NCBI GenBank assembly: GCA_965215195.1
Contig: CBDCDC010000002.1
Span: 1,824,001-1,888,000 of the forward strand
Length of the DNA: 64,000 bases
Reading direction: 5' to 3'
Source of the DNA: Candidatus Latescibacterota bacterium
GTDB lineage: Bacteria > Latescibacterota > UBA2968 > UBA8231
A model generated the notes under the pieces. It did not search any database. It had not been told where the DNA came from and saw only the letters and a program-made list of their open reading frames with translations. Shown here piece by piece: positions 47,498 to 57,258 of this stretch. The position numbers and the translations under genes are program-made. Position 1 is the first letter of the stretch. The number at the start of each line of letters is the position of its first letter.

Positions 47498-48735
47498 GAA
47501 GCTGTCTCTGGATAGGATGCTGCCTCGGCGCACTGGTCTTGGCTTGCAGCGACCGCCCGCGGCGCAATCCCCTCGACCCGCAAGCCGAGGACCTGCCGAG
47601 CGAATCGTTCAGCGCTTTGACGGCCTTGGCGCTCGACGGCCAAGTCGAGTTGCGGTGGCATTTCTCCCATTTTTTTGACGTCGAAGGCTACCGGCTCTAC
47701 CGCCGTCAGCGCGAAGGCGAATGGGCGCCGATCACCTCGGTGCTAGCACCGGATGCGACCGCGTACGCGGACGCCGGGGTGCAAAACGGGAGGCACTACG
47801 AGTACCAGCTCAGCTTGCTCGTCGCCGGGGAAGAGGAACGCCCTAGCGGCAGGCCCGTGCCCGCTACGCCCGGCCCGGAAGTCGCTTGGGTGGCCGACCG
47901 CCACAGCGGGCTGGTGTGGAAAATCAGCGCGGATGCGCGCAGCGCGCATTTTGCACAGGGGCGCTTTTTCGACTTGGCGACGATTGCGCTCGACGTGGCC
48001 GATGGTTCGTGCTGGGTCAGCGATCGGGGATTTGCCGGGCTGTACCGGATTGCGGGAGACGGCGCGTTGGCCGCGCTGGCCGCGGCCGTGGAGATGCCCG
48101 GTGCTCTGGCCATTGACGCCGAAGCGCGGATTGGCTGGCTGGTCGACGCCGGGCGGCAGCGGGTCTTTTTCTTTTCTTTAGACGCGGCCGATGCGCTCCC
48201 CCTCGTCCCGGTCGATGCCACCTTTGTCCAGCCCGTGGCCTTGGCCGCGCAGGCCGGGGGCTGCTGGATCGCCGACCAAGCCCAAGGCCGGGTGCTGTTT
48301 TACCAGACCGACGGCACCCGCGCCGCTGAATTCCATGCACTCGCCACCCCGGAGGCACTGGCGGCGGGCGCAGAGAGAACCGCGTGGCTGTTGGGCGATG
48401 CGGGCCGCAGCTTGACGCGGTTGGACCGCACGGGTGCCGTCCTCAGGGTGGACCTGCCTTTTGCCGCGGCCGTGGGACTGGCCGTGGATGGCGCGAGCGG
48501 CGATTGCTGGGCGCTGGGGGAACGGGACTTGGCGGTGTTTGCGGCCGACGGAACTTTGGAGCAGCACTGGTCCGACGTGCCCGGAGGCAGCGCCCTGTCC
48601 TTTGACGCGGTGCAGCAGCGGGCGTGGATTGCGACCGGCGACGCGCTGTTGAAGTTCGCGGCCGAGGGCCAACCTCTTGCGCGGCTCGACGGCTTTTCGT
48701 CCATCGTCCGCATTGCCGTGGATCCGGGCCGCTGA
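47494..48735 (+). CDS. Lipoprotein with FN3-like domain and NHL-type beta-propeller
   Basis: Lipobox VLAC, RNPLDP; V.LRW..GYRLYR..Y.Y FN3 pattern; WVAD/WVSD/WIAD repeats. Confidence 0.75.
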   Translation: MRSCLWIGCCLGALVLACSDRPRRNPLDPQAEDLPSESFSALTALALDGQVELRWHFSHFFDVEGYRLYRRQREGEWAPITSVLAPDATAYADAGVQNGRHYEYQLSLLVAGEEERPSGRPVPATPGPEVAWVADRHSGLVWKISADARSAHFAQGRFFDLATIALDVADGSCWVSDRGFAGLYRIAGDGALAALAAAVEMPGALAIDAEARIGWLVDAGRQRVFFFSLDAADALPLVPVDATFVQPVALAAQAGGCWIADQAQGRVLFYQTDGTRAAEFHALATPEALAAGAERTAWLLGDAGRSLTRLDRTGAVLRVDLPFAAAVGLAVDGASGDCWALGERDLAVFAADGTLEQHWSDVPGGSALSFDAVQQRAWIATGDALLKFAAEGQPLARLDGFSSIVRIAVDPGR

Positions 48736-48801
48736 GCTTGCATGGGATTTGCTCCTTAGCGACCTTCCTTAGGTGCAACTCCAACCTCACGAGAACCAAT
48801 T

Positions 48802-49770
48802 ATGAACGAGCAAGCCCCCATTCACAGCATGACCGGCTTTGGCCGCGCCGCGGCCGAGCAGCAGGGTTGGCGGCTCGCCGTAGAGCTGCGGTCGGTCAAC
48901 AGCCGCTACCTCGACGTACAGGTGCGCTGCCCGGCCGAGCTCCAGCCCTTTGAGCTGGCCATTCGCGAGCGGATTCAGGCGCGGGTCGGCCGCGGCAAAA
49001 TAAGCGCGCATCTCGCTTGGGCCGAGGATAGCCAGCCAGAGGCCCTGCCCCAGCTAGACGAGGAGGTCGCCAAGCACTATCTGGCCCAACTGCGGCGGTT
49101 GGCTGAATTGGCCCACCTCGAAGCTGCGGAGAGCCGGGCAGGGCTGCCGCGGCGGAAGGCGTTTTTTGCCCGCGTTAAAAGGCTAGAGCAGCTCGACGTG
49201 GGGATCGAGCGAGTGCTGCTGGCGAAGCTGCCCAACCTCTTTCGCGTCCAAGCTACAGAGCTAAATGCCGCGCTCGTGCAAGAGGTACTGTGGGCGGGGC
49301 TGGACGACGCGCTGGCCGAGTTGGTGGCCATGCGCACGGCCGAAGGATGCGCCCTCGCCGCGGACTTGCGCGGCCGCGTCGAGGCGGTGGGAACGCATCT
49401 GGAGCGCGTGGCCGAGCGCACACAGGCGATTCGCGGGCAGGTTGCCGAGCGGCTGCGGGAAAAGGTCGCCGCCCTGCTCACGCCCGGGGCGGTTGCCGAA
49501 GATCGCCTCGCCACGGAAATTGCCCTGATCGCCGAGCGCAGCGACATCGTCGAGGAGATTGTCCGCTTCCGCAGCCACAATGCCCAGTTCCTCGACACCT
49601 TGGCGCGCGGCGGCGAAGTGGGGAAGCGCTTGAACTTTCTCTTGCAAGAAATGAACCGCGAAGCCAATACCATCAGCGCCAAGGCCGCAGACGCCGAGAT
49701 CGCCCATTGGGTGGTCGAGATCAAAGAGGAAATCGAGCGGCTGCGCGAACAGGTGCAAAACTTGGCGTGA
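48802..49770 (+). CDS. yicC: YicC/YloC-family endoribonuclease
   Basis: SMTGFG, LRSVNSRYLD, GKRLNFLLQEMNREANT, IERLREQVQN. Confidence 0.93.
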   Translation: MNEQAPIHSMTGFGRAAAEQQGWRLAVELRSVNSRYLDVQVRCPAELQPFELAIRERIQARVGRGKISAHLAWAEDSQPEALPQLDEEVAKHYLAQLRRLAELAHLEAAESRAGLPRRKAFFARVKRLEQLDVGIERVLLAKLPNLFRVQATELNAALVQEVLWAGLDDALAELVAMRTAEGCALAADLRGRVEAVGTHLERVAERTQAIRGQVAERLREKVAALLTPGAVAEDRLATEIALIAERSDIVEEIVRFRSHNAQFLDTLARGGEVGKRLNFLLQEMNREANTISAKAADAEIAHWVVEIKEEIERLREQVQNLA

Positions 49771-50321
49771 GAGCCTCCGCGACACCGGTGCAAATCATCA
49801 CCATCAGCGGCCTGCCCGGCAGCGGCACCAGCACCGTCTGCGGCTTGCTCTGTGCGCGGCTGGGCTGGGCTTATGTCAACGCCGGGGCCGTCTTTCGGAA
49901 GCTAGCCCAAGAGGCGGGCTTGAGCTTGGCCGAGTTTGGCCAGCGGGCCGAAGCCAATGGCTGTATCGACCGCCAGCTCGACGTGCGCATGGTGGCGCAA
50001 GCGCGGGGGCGTGCGCCGGTCGTGGTCGAAGGGAGGCTCACCGGCTGGATGGCGCACCGCCACCGGCTTCCGGCCGACAAGGTTTGGCTGGCGGCTGCGC
50101 CCGACGTGCGGGCCGGGCGGGTGGCACAACGGGAGGGGGAGACGACGGCAGAGGTGCTGGTGGGAATGCGCCGGCGCGAGGCGTCCGAGGTCCTGCGCTT
50201 CCGGGCACATCACGGCATCAACCTTGGCGATCTGTCGATTTACGATGCGGTTATTGCGACGGACGACATGGGGGCTGAGGCGGTCGTCAAGCGGATAGTG
50301 GCTTGGCGGCGGCCTGATTGA
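49767..50321 (+). CDS. cmk: Archaeal-type cytidylate kinase (CmkB-like)
   Basis: ITISGLPGSGTST, AGAVFR, IDRQLD, VVEGRL, DLSIYD; GTGA overlap with yicC (alternative start 49788). Confidence 0.8.
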   Translation: MRASATPVQIITISGLPGSGTSTVCGLLCARLGWAYVNAGAVFRKLAQEAGLSLAEFGQRAEANGCIDRQLDVRMVAQARGRAPVVVEGRLTGWMAHRHRLPADKVWLAAAPDVRAGRVAQREGETTAEVLVGMRRREASEVLRFRAHHGINLGDLSIYDAVIATDDMGAEAVVKRIVAWRRPD

Positions 50322-50358
50322 CATTTGGCTTTACCCTTTTACTCCTCTAACTAAAGAA

Positions 50359-50448
50359 CTGACGTTACGCAGTCGCTCTCTATCAAGACTGTTGACCCAA
50401 GATATTGGGGTGAAATTGAGAATTTTCTGGAAAACTGCGTAACGTCAG
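50359..50448. mobile_element. MITE with perfect 15-bp TIRs (CTGACGTTACGCAGT)
   Basis: CTGACGTTACGCAGT (50359-50373) ... ACTGCGTAACGTCAG (50434-50448); flanks TAAAGAA / CAAAGAA resemble an imperfect target duplication. Confidence 0.8.
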
Positions 50449-50490
50449 CAAAGAATTCACCGGGGCCGGCGCGGCCGGCCGCGCACTGCC

Positions 50491-51681
50491 ATGAGCTTAC
50501 AACAGCGCCATATCCTGCTCGGGATCACCGGCGGCATTGCCGCGTACAAGACGCCGGAGATCGTGCGGCTGCTGACGGCTGGCGGGGCCGAAGTGCGGGT
50601 AGTGCTGACCCGTGCGGCTGGCGAGTTTGTCGCGCCCAAGACGTTGGAGGTGCTTTCTCGCCATTTGGTGTACAGCGACTTGTTCAGCCGCGACGCGGAA
50701 TTTCCCGTTCTGCACGTAGGGTTAGCCGAGTGGGCCGACTTGATTTTGGTGGCCCCGACCACGGCGCACTGCTTGGGGCGCGTAGCCGGCGGCTTGGCCG
50801 ACGACTTGCTCACCGCGGTGTTGTTGTGCGCGGACGTGCCCGTCCTGCTGGCCCCGTCAATGGAGGAGAACATGTTTGCCAATCCCGCGGTGCAAGCCAA
50901 TGTGCAGACCTTGGCGCAGCGGGGGTTCCACCTGCTCAACCCGGGGGTAGGGCCTTTGGCCTCGGGTGCGGTTGGCCGCGGGCGGATGCCCGAGCCGGCC
51001 GAGTTGGTCGCGGCCGTGGCGGCGCATTGCAGCGGCGACTTGGATGGGCTGAAGCTGCTAATAACGGCCGGGCCCACGGTCGAGGACCTCGATCCGGTGC
51101 GCTTTATTTCTAATCGCTCGTCCGGCAAGATGGGCTATGCGCTAGCCGAGCGAGCCGCTGCCCGCGGGGGGCGCGTGTGGCTGGTCTCCGGGCCGACTTC
51201 ACTGCCCGCGCCTGCTGGCGTAGAGCGGCAGTTGGTGCGCTCAGCGCTCGACATGCAGTGCGCCGTGGAATCCTTGTTCGAGCAAGTAGATGGGGCGATT
51301 TTGGCGGCGGCCCCGGCCGACTACCGCGCCAAGGAGGTGGCCGCGCAAAAAATCAAGCGCGGCGCAGCGTCTTGCTCTATTGAGTTGGTCGAAAACCCGG
51401 ACATTGCCGCCGGGCTGGGTCGGCGCAAGGGCCAGCGGTTGCTGGTCGTCTTTGCGATGGAGACGGAAAAGGGGCCGGAGCGGGCGCGGGAGAAGCTAGT
51501 GCGCAAAGGGGGCGACTTAATCGCGCTCAACATGCTCAACGACGAGGGAGCTGGTTTTGCCGGCGACACCAACCGCGTTACCCTGATCGACATCGCCGGC
51601 CGCGAGGAAGCCCTGCCCCTGTTGAGCAAATCCGCGGTCGCCGACCGCATCCTCGACTGGGTGCGAGCGCGGCGCAGTTGA
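50491..51681 (+). CDS. coaBC: Phosphopantothenoylcysteine decarboxylase/ligase
   Basis: GITGGIAAYK, G.GRMPEP, TAGPT.E.LDPVRFISNRSSGKMG, ENPDI motifs. Confidence 0.96.
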   Translation: MSLQQRHILLGITGGIAAYKTPEIVRLLTAGGAEVRVVLTRAAGEFVAPKTLEVLSRHLVYSDLFSRDAEFPVLHVGLAEWADLILVAPTTAHCLGRVAGGLADDLLTAVLLCADVPVLLAPSMEENMFANPAVQANVQTLAQRGFHLLNPGVGPLASGAVGRGRMPEPAELVAAVAAHCSGDLDGLKLLITAGPTVEDLDPVRFISNRSSGKMGYALAERAAARGGRVWLVSGPTSLPAPAGVERQLVRSALDMQCAVESLFEQVDGAILAAAPADYRAKEVAAQKIKRGAASCSIELVENPDIAAGLGRRKGQRLLVVFAMETEKGPERAREKLVRKGGDLIALNMLNDEGAGFAGDTNRVTLIDIAGREEALPLLSKSAVADRILDWVRARRS

Positions 51682-51712
51682 GGCGGTTTTGCAGTGAGGG
51701 AACGCTTGTGAT

Positions 51713-52137
51713 ATGAGAGTGTACCTCGATAACTGTTGCTTCAACCGCCCGTTTGACGACCAGCGGCAGATACGCGTGCGATTAGAAGCAGAAGCCATGT
51801 TGTACATTGAGGATTGCATTCGCAAGGGTATGTTTGAACTCGTCTGGTCCTACATGCTGGACTTTGAGAATGCAGCCAACCCTTTTGACGAGCGACGCAC
51901 GACGATTAGCGGTTGGCGGCAATATGCGGCGATAGATGTCAAGGAGACCCCGCCGATCCTCCAACAGGCCAACAAACTGGCTGATGCAGGACTGAAAGCA
52001 AAGGATGCCTTGCATATTGCCTGTGCCATTGTCCGTATTTCGTGACGACGGACGACGACCTCCTCAAGCGTCAGCAAGATATACAGGATACTGCGATTAT
52101 CGATCCAACCGCGTTTGTCCGGGAGAATAACTTATGA
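51713..52137 (+). pseudogene. PIN-domain toxin, frameshifted
   Basis: MRVYLDNCCFNRPFDDQ…DALHIACA; the expected continuation YFVTTDDDLLK…IDPTAFV is in another frame after about 52031 and ends at TGA 52135-52137, overlapping the next ATG. Confidence 0.82.
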
Positions 52138-52358
52138 GCACCGATACCGAGGTTCGCGTCCGCGGCTTTAGTGCCTTAGTAGAGGCCCTGGGGCCTGTGG
52201 AAGCCGAGCGCTTTATTGCCTTACTGTTGCGCGAACCGTTCGACTATACTCAGTGGCAGCGATCGTTGTGGGCCGAGCAGGGAGTACATGAACTTAGCCA
52301 AGCGGCCATGACCCTGCGGTGTGCCTCGCCGAATGAAGGCATGGAGCCGGAAAGCTAA
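52134..52358 (+). CDS. Small putative antitoxin
   Basis: DTEVR..G..ALVEALG.VEAERFI..L.RE.FDYT.W pattern; ATGA-coupled to the PIN gene. Confidence 0.78.
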   Translation: MSTDTEVRVRGFSALVEALGPVEAERFIALLLREPFDYTQWQRSLWAEQGVHELSQAAMTLRCASPNEGMEPES

Positions 52359-52380
52359 AGATACCCGTGCGGGCTAGCAC

Positions 52381-52557
52381 TTCGTGGGCAAAGCCGGTCA
52401 ACTACTGACCAAGATCATCGAGGCTATGGGCCTATCCCGCGGCAAGGTTTATATCTGCAACATACTCAAGTGCCGCCCGCCGAATAACCGCGACCCTTGC
52501 CCTGTTGAGCAAATCCGCGGTCGCCGATCGCATCCTCGACTGGGTGCGAGCGCGGCG
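52381..52557 (+). repeat. Chimeric duplicate: internal udg fragment fused to the 3' end of coaBC
   Basis: 52381-52500 matches udg about 54453-54575; 52498-52557 matches coaBC about 51614-51674; junction at shared TGCCC. Confidence 0.92.
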
Positions 52558-52640
52558 GGCACCGGGCGGTTGACAGGGTTGCGGAAGGCGGATATGTACC
52601 TACTGAAAGCAGGCGAGATTCAGGCAACCCATTCCCGACC

Positions 52641-54014
52641 ATGGAGGACCATGTGAGCACCCCCATTGACCAGTTATCGCTTTTTGCCGATGAGACCCCG
52701 CCCACGCGAGAAGACACTGTCAAAAGCTGGGGAACGTTTAAGGACAGCCTCCGAGCTCCTGTTCACCGGTGGTTTACGTACCCTGCTGGCTTTTCATACA
52801 AGGCTGTAGCGCATTCATTTGAGCGGTTTGGAATTGCCAAGGGAATGATCGTTTACGATCCTTTCATGGGTTCGGGGACGACAAATGTAACGGCCAAGGC
52901 AATGGGCATTGATTCCGTCGGAACCGAAGCGCATCCTTTCGTGTACGAAATAGCAAAGGCAAAAATGGAATGGGAGGTTGATAAAAAGGCGATTAGAGCA
53001 TTTATCGATCACTTAAATGAAAACTTTGAATCCCGATATAGTGCTTTAACTGGAAATACTAATTTTGCGATATCTAATCACTTTCCAGAATTAGTATTAA
53101 AGTGCTACAAAAAAGAAACATTGAGTAAACTTCTTACCTTGAAAAAAATATATAATGACTACGAATTTCCCCCAAGGGAAAGCATGTTTATTTTTGTCGT
53201 ATTGACGTCCTTGCTTAGAGAAGTTTCCAGCGCAGCCACAGGATGGCCTTATATCGCGCCAAAAAAGGAAAAAATCACCTCTGAAGATAAAGATGCTCTG
53301 CTAGAATTTAACGCACTTGCAATGTCTATGCTAGGCGATCTTACAGCTATTAAAAGATGGGCTGATGAAGAGTACCTAAAATCAAAACATCGCTTAATTT
53401 TTGGTAGCTCTACGGACGTATCGGCGCATCTCTCTAACGAGAGCGTGGACCACGTTTTCACTTCTCCTCCGTACTTGAACAATTTTGACTACTCTGATAG
53501 GACGCGACTGGAACTCTACTTTTGGGGATTTGCAAAAAACTGGAAGGATATTACGGATAAAGTGCGATCTAAGTTAATGACATCCGCCACAACTCAAATA
53601 GCGAGGAGTGATCCCAAGTATTCACTAGACGAAGAGATCAAAGAAAATAGTCCCGCAATAGCGCGATTCATACAAGAAGCTGCAAATAAACTGAGCGAAT
53701 TGCGAAAAATCAAAGGCGGAAAGAAAAGCTATGACCTCATGATAATTGGATATTTTAATGACATTTACAAGGTGGTAAAGGAAGTATATAGGGTACTGAA
53801 ACCCGGTTCTAGTGCCTTGTTTGTGTTGGGCGATTCTGCGCCTTATGGCGTTCACATTCCAACGGATAGGCTAATCGGAGAAATAGGTTGCTTGATTGGC
53901 TTTAAGTCCTATTCGTTAGAGGTGCTGCGCAAAAGAGGCGACAAGTGGAAGGCAAATCCTCAGAGGCATGGAGTATTTTTACAAGAATCCATTGTCATAT
54001 TAGAAAAGGGGTGA
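52641..54014 (+). CDS. DNA amino-methyltransferase (SPPY type, probably m4C)
   Basis: [34 protein letters not shown]; markedly AT-rich; alternative start GTG 52653. Confidence 0.92.
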   Translation: MEDHVSTPIDQLSLFADETPPTREDTVKSWGTFKDSLRAPVHRWFTYPAGFSYKAVAHSFERFGIAKGMIVYDPFMGSGTTNVTAKAMGIDSVGTEAHPFVYEIAKAKMEWEVDKKAIRAFIDHLNENFESRYSALTGNTNFAISNHFPELVLKCYKKETLSKLLTLKKIYNDYEFPPRESMFIFVVLTSLLREVSSAATGWPYIAPKKEKITSEDKDALLEFNALAMSMLGDLTAIKRWADEEYLKSKHRLIFGSSTDVSAHLSNESVDHVFTSPPYLNNFDYSDRTRLELYFWGFAKNWKDITDKVRSKLMTSATTQIARSDPKYSLDEEIKENSPAIARFIQEAANKLSELRKIKGGKKSYDLMIIGYFNDIYKVVKEVYRVLKPGSSALFVLGDSAPYGVHIPTDRLIGEIGCLIGFKSYSLEVLRKRGDKWKANPQRHGVFLQESIVILEKG

Positions 54015-54017
54015 AAG

Positions 54018-54149
54018 ATGAATTATACGGTTGTTGCATCCGTTGCTAATCCTGGAAGTGCATTAGGAGAAGCCATCGGTTCTTCTATGGAAAACGCACT
54101 AAAAAAATTGCTGAATGATTTGGAAATTCCGCCGAAATTTGACGATTAA
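54018..54149 (+). pseudogene. 43-codon remnant of a probable restriction endonuclease
   Basis: ATG 3 bp after the MTase stop, AT-rich, MNYTVVASVANPGSALGEAIGSSMENALKKLLNDLEIPPKFDD*; identity inferred from position. Confidence 0.5.
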
Positions 54150-54164
54150 ACAGAGGATGTCTCC

Positions 54165-54848
54165 ATGCAAGAGCGAAGCGAAGACGCCCTAGCCGAGGCC
54201 CGGCGCTATCTGTCCGACTTAGTGGCTTTTGAAGGGACCCAATTCACTGCACCGGAGTCGGTTGTCGCGACCGGCGCGGCCGAACCAGTGGCCGGTGCTT
54301 TAGAGGCCTTTCGCCGCCAGATCTGCGAATGCACCCGCTGTCGGCTGGGTGCGACGCGGCAACAGTTCGTGTTTGGCAGCGGCGATCCCGCGGCCGGCAT
54401 TATGTTCATCGGCGAGGCCCCAGGGGCCGAGGAAGACCGCGCCGGCCAGCCCTTTGTAGGCAAAGCCGGTCAACTGCTGACCAAGATCATCGAGGCCATG
54501 GGCCTGTCCCGCGACGAGGTCTATATATGCAACATACTCAAGTGCCGCCCGCCGAATAACCGCGACCCCCTGCCCGACGAAATCGAGCAATGCGAGCCAT
54601 ATCTCAAGCGCCAGATCGAAATCGTCCAGCCCCGCGTCATCTGCACCTTGGGCCGCTTTGCCGCGCAGACCCTGCTCCGCAGCCGCGAGCCCATGGGCCG
54701 CTTGCGCGGCCAGTCGCACCACTACGAGGGCATCCCCTTGGTGGCCACGTACCACCCGGCCGCCCTCTTGCGCAACCCCCAGTGGAAGCGCCCGACTTGG
54801 GAGGACGTCAAGCGGGTGCGGAAGCTCTACGACGGAGTCGAACTCTAA
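54165..54848 (+). CDS. udg: Uracil-DNA glycosylase, family 4
   Basis: [36 protein letters not shown]. Confidence 0.95.
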   Translation: MQERSEDALAEARRYLSDLVAFEGTQFTAPESVVATGAAEPVAGALEAFRRQICECTRCRLGATRQQFVFGSGDPAAGIMFIGEAPGAEEDRAGQPFVGKAGQLLTKIIEAMGLSRDEVYICNILKCRPPNNRDPLPDEIEQCEPYLKRQIEIVQPRVICTLGRFAAQTLLRSREPMGRLRGQSHHYEGIPLVATYHPAALLRNPQWKRPTWEDVKRVRKLYDGVEL

Positions 54849-54865
54849 GTTTTTGGAGCCACACC

Positions 54866-56248
54866 ATGACCCAGAATCCAATGGAGGCGCAGGCTCTCGG
54901 GCGGATGCCGCCACAGGCCGTAGAGGTTGAGCAGGCCGTGCTCGGGGCGATGATGCTAGAGCAGCGGGCCATTGTCCGCGCCGTTGAAATCCTCGACGAA
55001 AGCTGTTTCTACCACGCCCCGCACAGCCGGATATTTGCAGCCATGATCGACCTTTTTGAGCGGGGCACGGCCGTTGATCAGCTAACCTTGACCGAGGAGC
55101 TCAAGCGCCGCGGCCAGCTTGGCGATGTCGGCGGAGTCGTCTATCTGGCCAAGCTAGGGTCTGAAGTGGCCACGACGGCCAATATCGACTTTCACGCGCA
55201 GATCGTTTTGGAGAAGGCACTGAGCCGCAAGTTGATCGAGACCGCCAGCGAGGTCATCGAGCGGGCCTACGCGGCCGACGAGGACGTCCAGACCTTGATC
55301 GACAAGGCCGAGCAGCAGCTTTTCAGCCTGAGCGAAAACCAACTCGGCGACGGCTTTGAGCCCCTGACCAAGGTGATGGGCGAAGCGTTCGAGCACATTG
55401 AGCGCATCCACGCGAAGACGGGCACGGTCTTGGGGGTGGATACGGGGTTTCCCGCGCTCAACGAGCTGACGTCGGGCTTTCAGAAGGGCGATCTGGTCAT
55501 CCTCGCGGCGCGGCCCAGCGTCGGCAAGACGGCCCTCGCGCTGACGCTGGGCCGCAACGCGGCCGTGGAGGCCGGGGTCGGGGTGGCGATTTTCAGCTTG
55601 GAAATGTCTAAGATGCAACTGGCCCAGCGCCTGCTCAGCGCGGAGACCAAGGTCGATTTGCACAAGCTGCGCACCGGCCGGCTGCGCGAGGAAGACTGGA
55701 TACACCTAACGCGCAATATCGACCGCTTGGCCCAAGCGCCGATCTACATCGACGACACGCCCGGCATCTCGGTGCTCGAAGCGCGGGCCAAGGCGCGGCG
55801 GCTACAGCGCGAGTACGGGATCGGCATGGTGGTCATCGACTATCTCCAGCTCATGAGCGGGCACATTCGGGCGCAGAGCCGCGAGCAGGAGATTTCGCAT
55901 ATCTCGCGCGGTCTCAAGGCCATGGCCAAAGAATTAGACGTGCCGGTCTTGGCCTTGTCGCAGTTGTCGCGCGCCGTAGAAAGCCGCACGGACCGCCGGC
56001 CACAGCTATCGGACCTGCGGGAGTCGGGCAGCTTGGAGCAGGACGCCGATGTGGTGATGTTCATCTATCGCCCGGAGATGTACGGGCTCAAGTCCCCGGA
56101 TGGCGAAAGCCTCGAAGGCATTGCCCAGATCATCATCGGCAAGCAGCGCAACGGCCCGGTTGACTCCGTGGATTTGATGTGGCACAAGGAAAGTGCTGCG
56201 TACGAGGCGATGGCACCCGAGTGGCGGACGGAGCCGGAAGAGTATTAG
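54866..56248 (+). CDS. dnaB: Replicative DNA helicase
   Basis: PPQA.E.EQAVLG, AARPSVGKT, FSLEM, IDYLQL, LSQLSR, DLRESGSLEQDAD, KQRNGP. Confidence 0.97.
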   Translation: MTQNPMEAQALGRMPPQAVEVEQAVLGAMMLEQRAIVRAVEILDESCFYHAPHSRIFAAMIDLFERGTAVDQLTLTEELKRRGQLGDVGGVVYLAKLGSEVATTANIDFHAQIVLEKALSRKLIETASEVIERAYAADEDVQTLIDKAEQQLFSLSENQLGDGFEPLTKVMGEAFEHIERIHAKTGTVLGVDTGFPALNELTSGFQKGDLVILAARPSVGKTALALTLGRNAAVEAGVGVAIFSLEMSKMQLAQRLLSAETKVDLHKLRTGRLREEDWIHLTRNIDRLAQAPIYIDDTPGISVLEARAKARRLQREYGIGMVVIDYLQLMSGHIRAQSREQEISHISRGLKAMAKELDVPVLALSQLSRAVESRTDRRPQLSDLRESGSLEQDADVVMFIYRPEMYGLKSPDGESLEGIAQIIIGKQRNGPVDSVDLMWHKESAAYEAMAPEWRTEPEEY

Positions 56249-56256
56249 TCGGGTCC

Positions 56257-57258
56257 ATGTTCATCGACGAAATGACCATCACGGTGGAGTCGGGCGGCGG
56301 CGGCAGTGGCTGCTGTTCGTTTCGGCGCGAGAAGTACGTGCCGCGAGGCGGGCCGGACGGGGGCGACGGAGGCGACGGGGGGAACGTGATCTTCCGCGTC
56401 GATGCCCAGCTCAACACGCTGCACGACTTCCGCTACCAACGCCACATCCGCGCCGGTCGCGGTGCCCACGGCGAGGGCAAGCGCAGGACGGGCCAGCGCG
56501 GCCAGCACGCGGTCATCTGCGTGCCGCCGGGCACCATCCTGCGCGACGAAAAGGGCTCGCTGATCCGCGACATGGTCGAGGACGGGCAGGAGCTGGTGCT
56601 GCTGGCGGGTGGGCGCGGGGGCCGGGGCAATGCTCGCTTTACCACGTCCCGCGTACAGGCTCCGCGGCGCACCGACCCCGGGCAAGAGGGCGGGCAAATG
56701 GTGGTGCGGCTCGAGCTGAAGTTGCTGGCGGATGTGGGGCTGGTGGGCTTCCCCAACGCGGGCAAATCCACGCTGCTGGCGCGGCTTTCCGCGGCTCGTC
56801 CCAAAATTGCCGACTATCCCTTTACGACCTTGGAGCCGAACTTGGGGATCGTGCAGTGGGCCGAGGGCGAGAGTTTTGTGTTAGCCGACTTGCCCGGGCT
56901 GATCGAGGGGGCCCATGCGGGCAAGGGCTTGGGCACGCGGTTTTTGCGCCACATCGAGCGCACGCGCATCCTGCTGTTTGCCATTGATTGCACCAGCCCG
57001 GATCCGCGCGGCGAATTGGAGGCCCTCCGCCGCGAGCTGGAATTTTTCGACGACGGAATGCGCCACAAGCCCGCTGGCATCGCCCGGACCAAGGCCGACT
57101 TGCTGGGGCCGGACGCGGCGTTCAAAGACCCATTCGCCGACCTGCGCACGCCGCGCTTTTTGATTTCGGCTGTCAGCGGTCGCGGGGTGCCCGAGATGCT
57201 GCGCGGGGTGGGGCAGGCGGTGAAGAAGTTGCGCGCTGCGGAGCAAGACGCTCCATGA
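56257..57258 (+). CDS. obgE: GTPase ObgE/CgtA
   Basis: MFIDE, FRREKYVPRGGPDGGDGG, GFPNAGKST, YPFTT, DLPG. Confidence 0.96.
   Translation: MFIDEMTITVESGGGGSGCCSFRREKYVPRGGPDGGDGGDGGNVIFRVDAQLNTLHDFRYQRHIRAGRGAHGEGKRRTGQRGQHAVICVPPGTILRDEKGSLIRDMVEDGQELVLLAGGRGGRGNARFTTSRVQAPRRTDPGQEGGQMVVRLELKLLADVGLVGFPNAGKSTLLARLSAARPKIADYPFTTLEPNLGIVQWAEGESFVLADLPGLIEGAHAGKGLGTRFLRHIERTRILLFAIDCTSPDPRGELEALRRELEFFDDGMRHKPAGIARTKADLLGPDAAFKDPFADLRTPRFLISAVSGRGVPEMLRGVGQAVKKLRAAEQDAP

Noticed and set aside
49120-49195. Basic insert (ESRAGLPRRKAFFARVKRLE) in YicC
   Set aside because: Falls in a variable linker; cannot be judged without an alignment.
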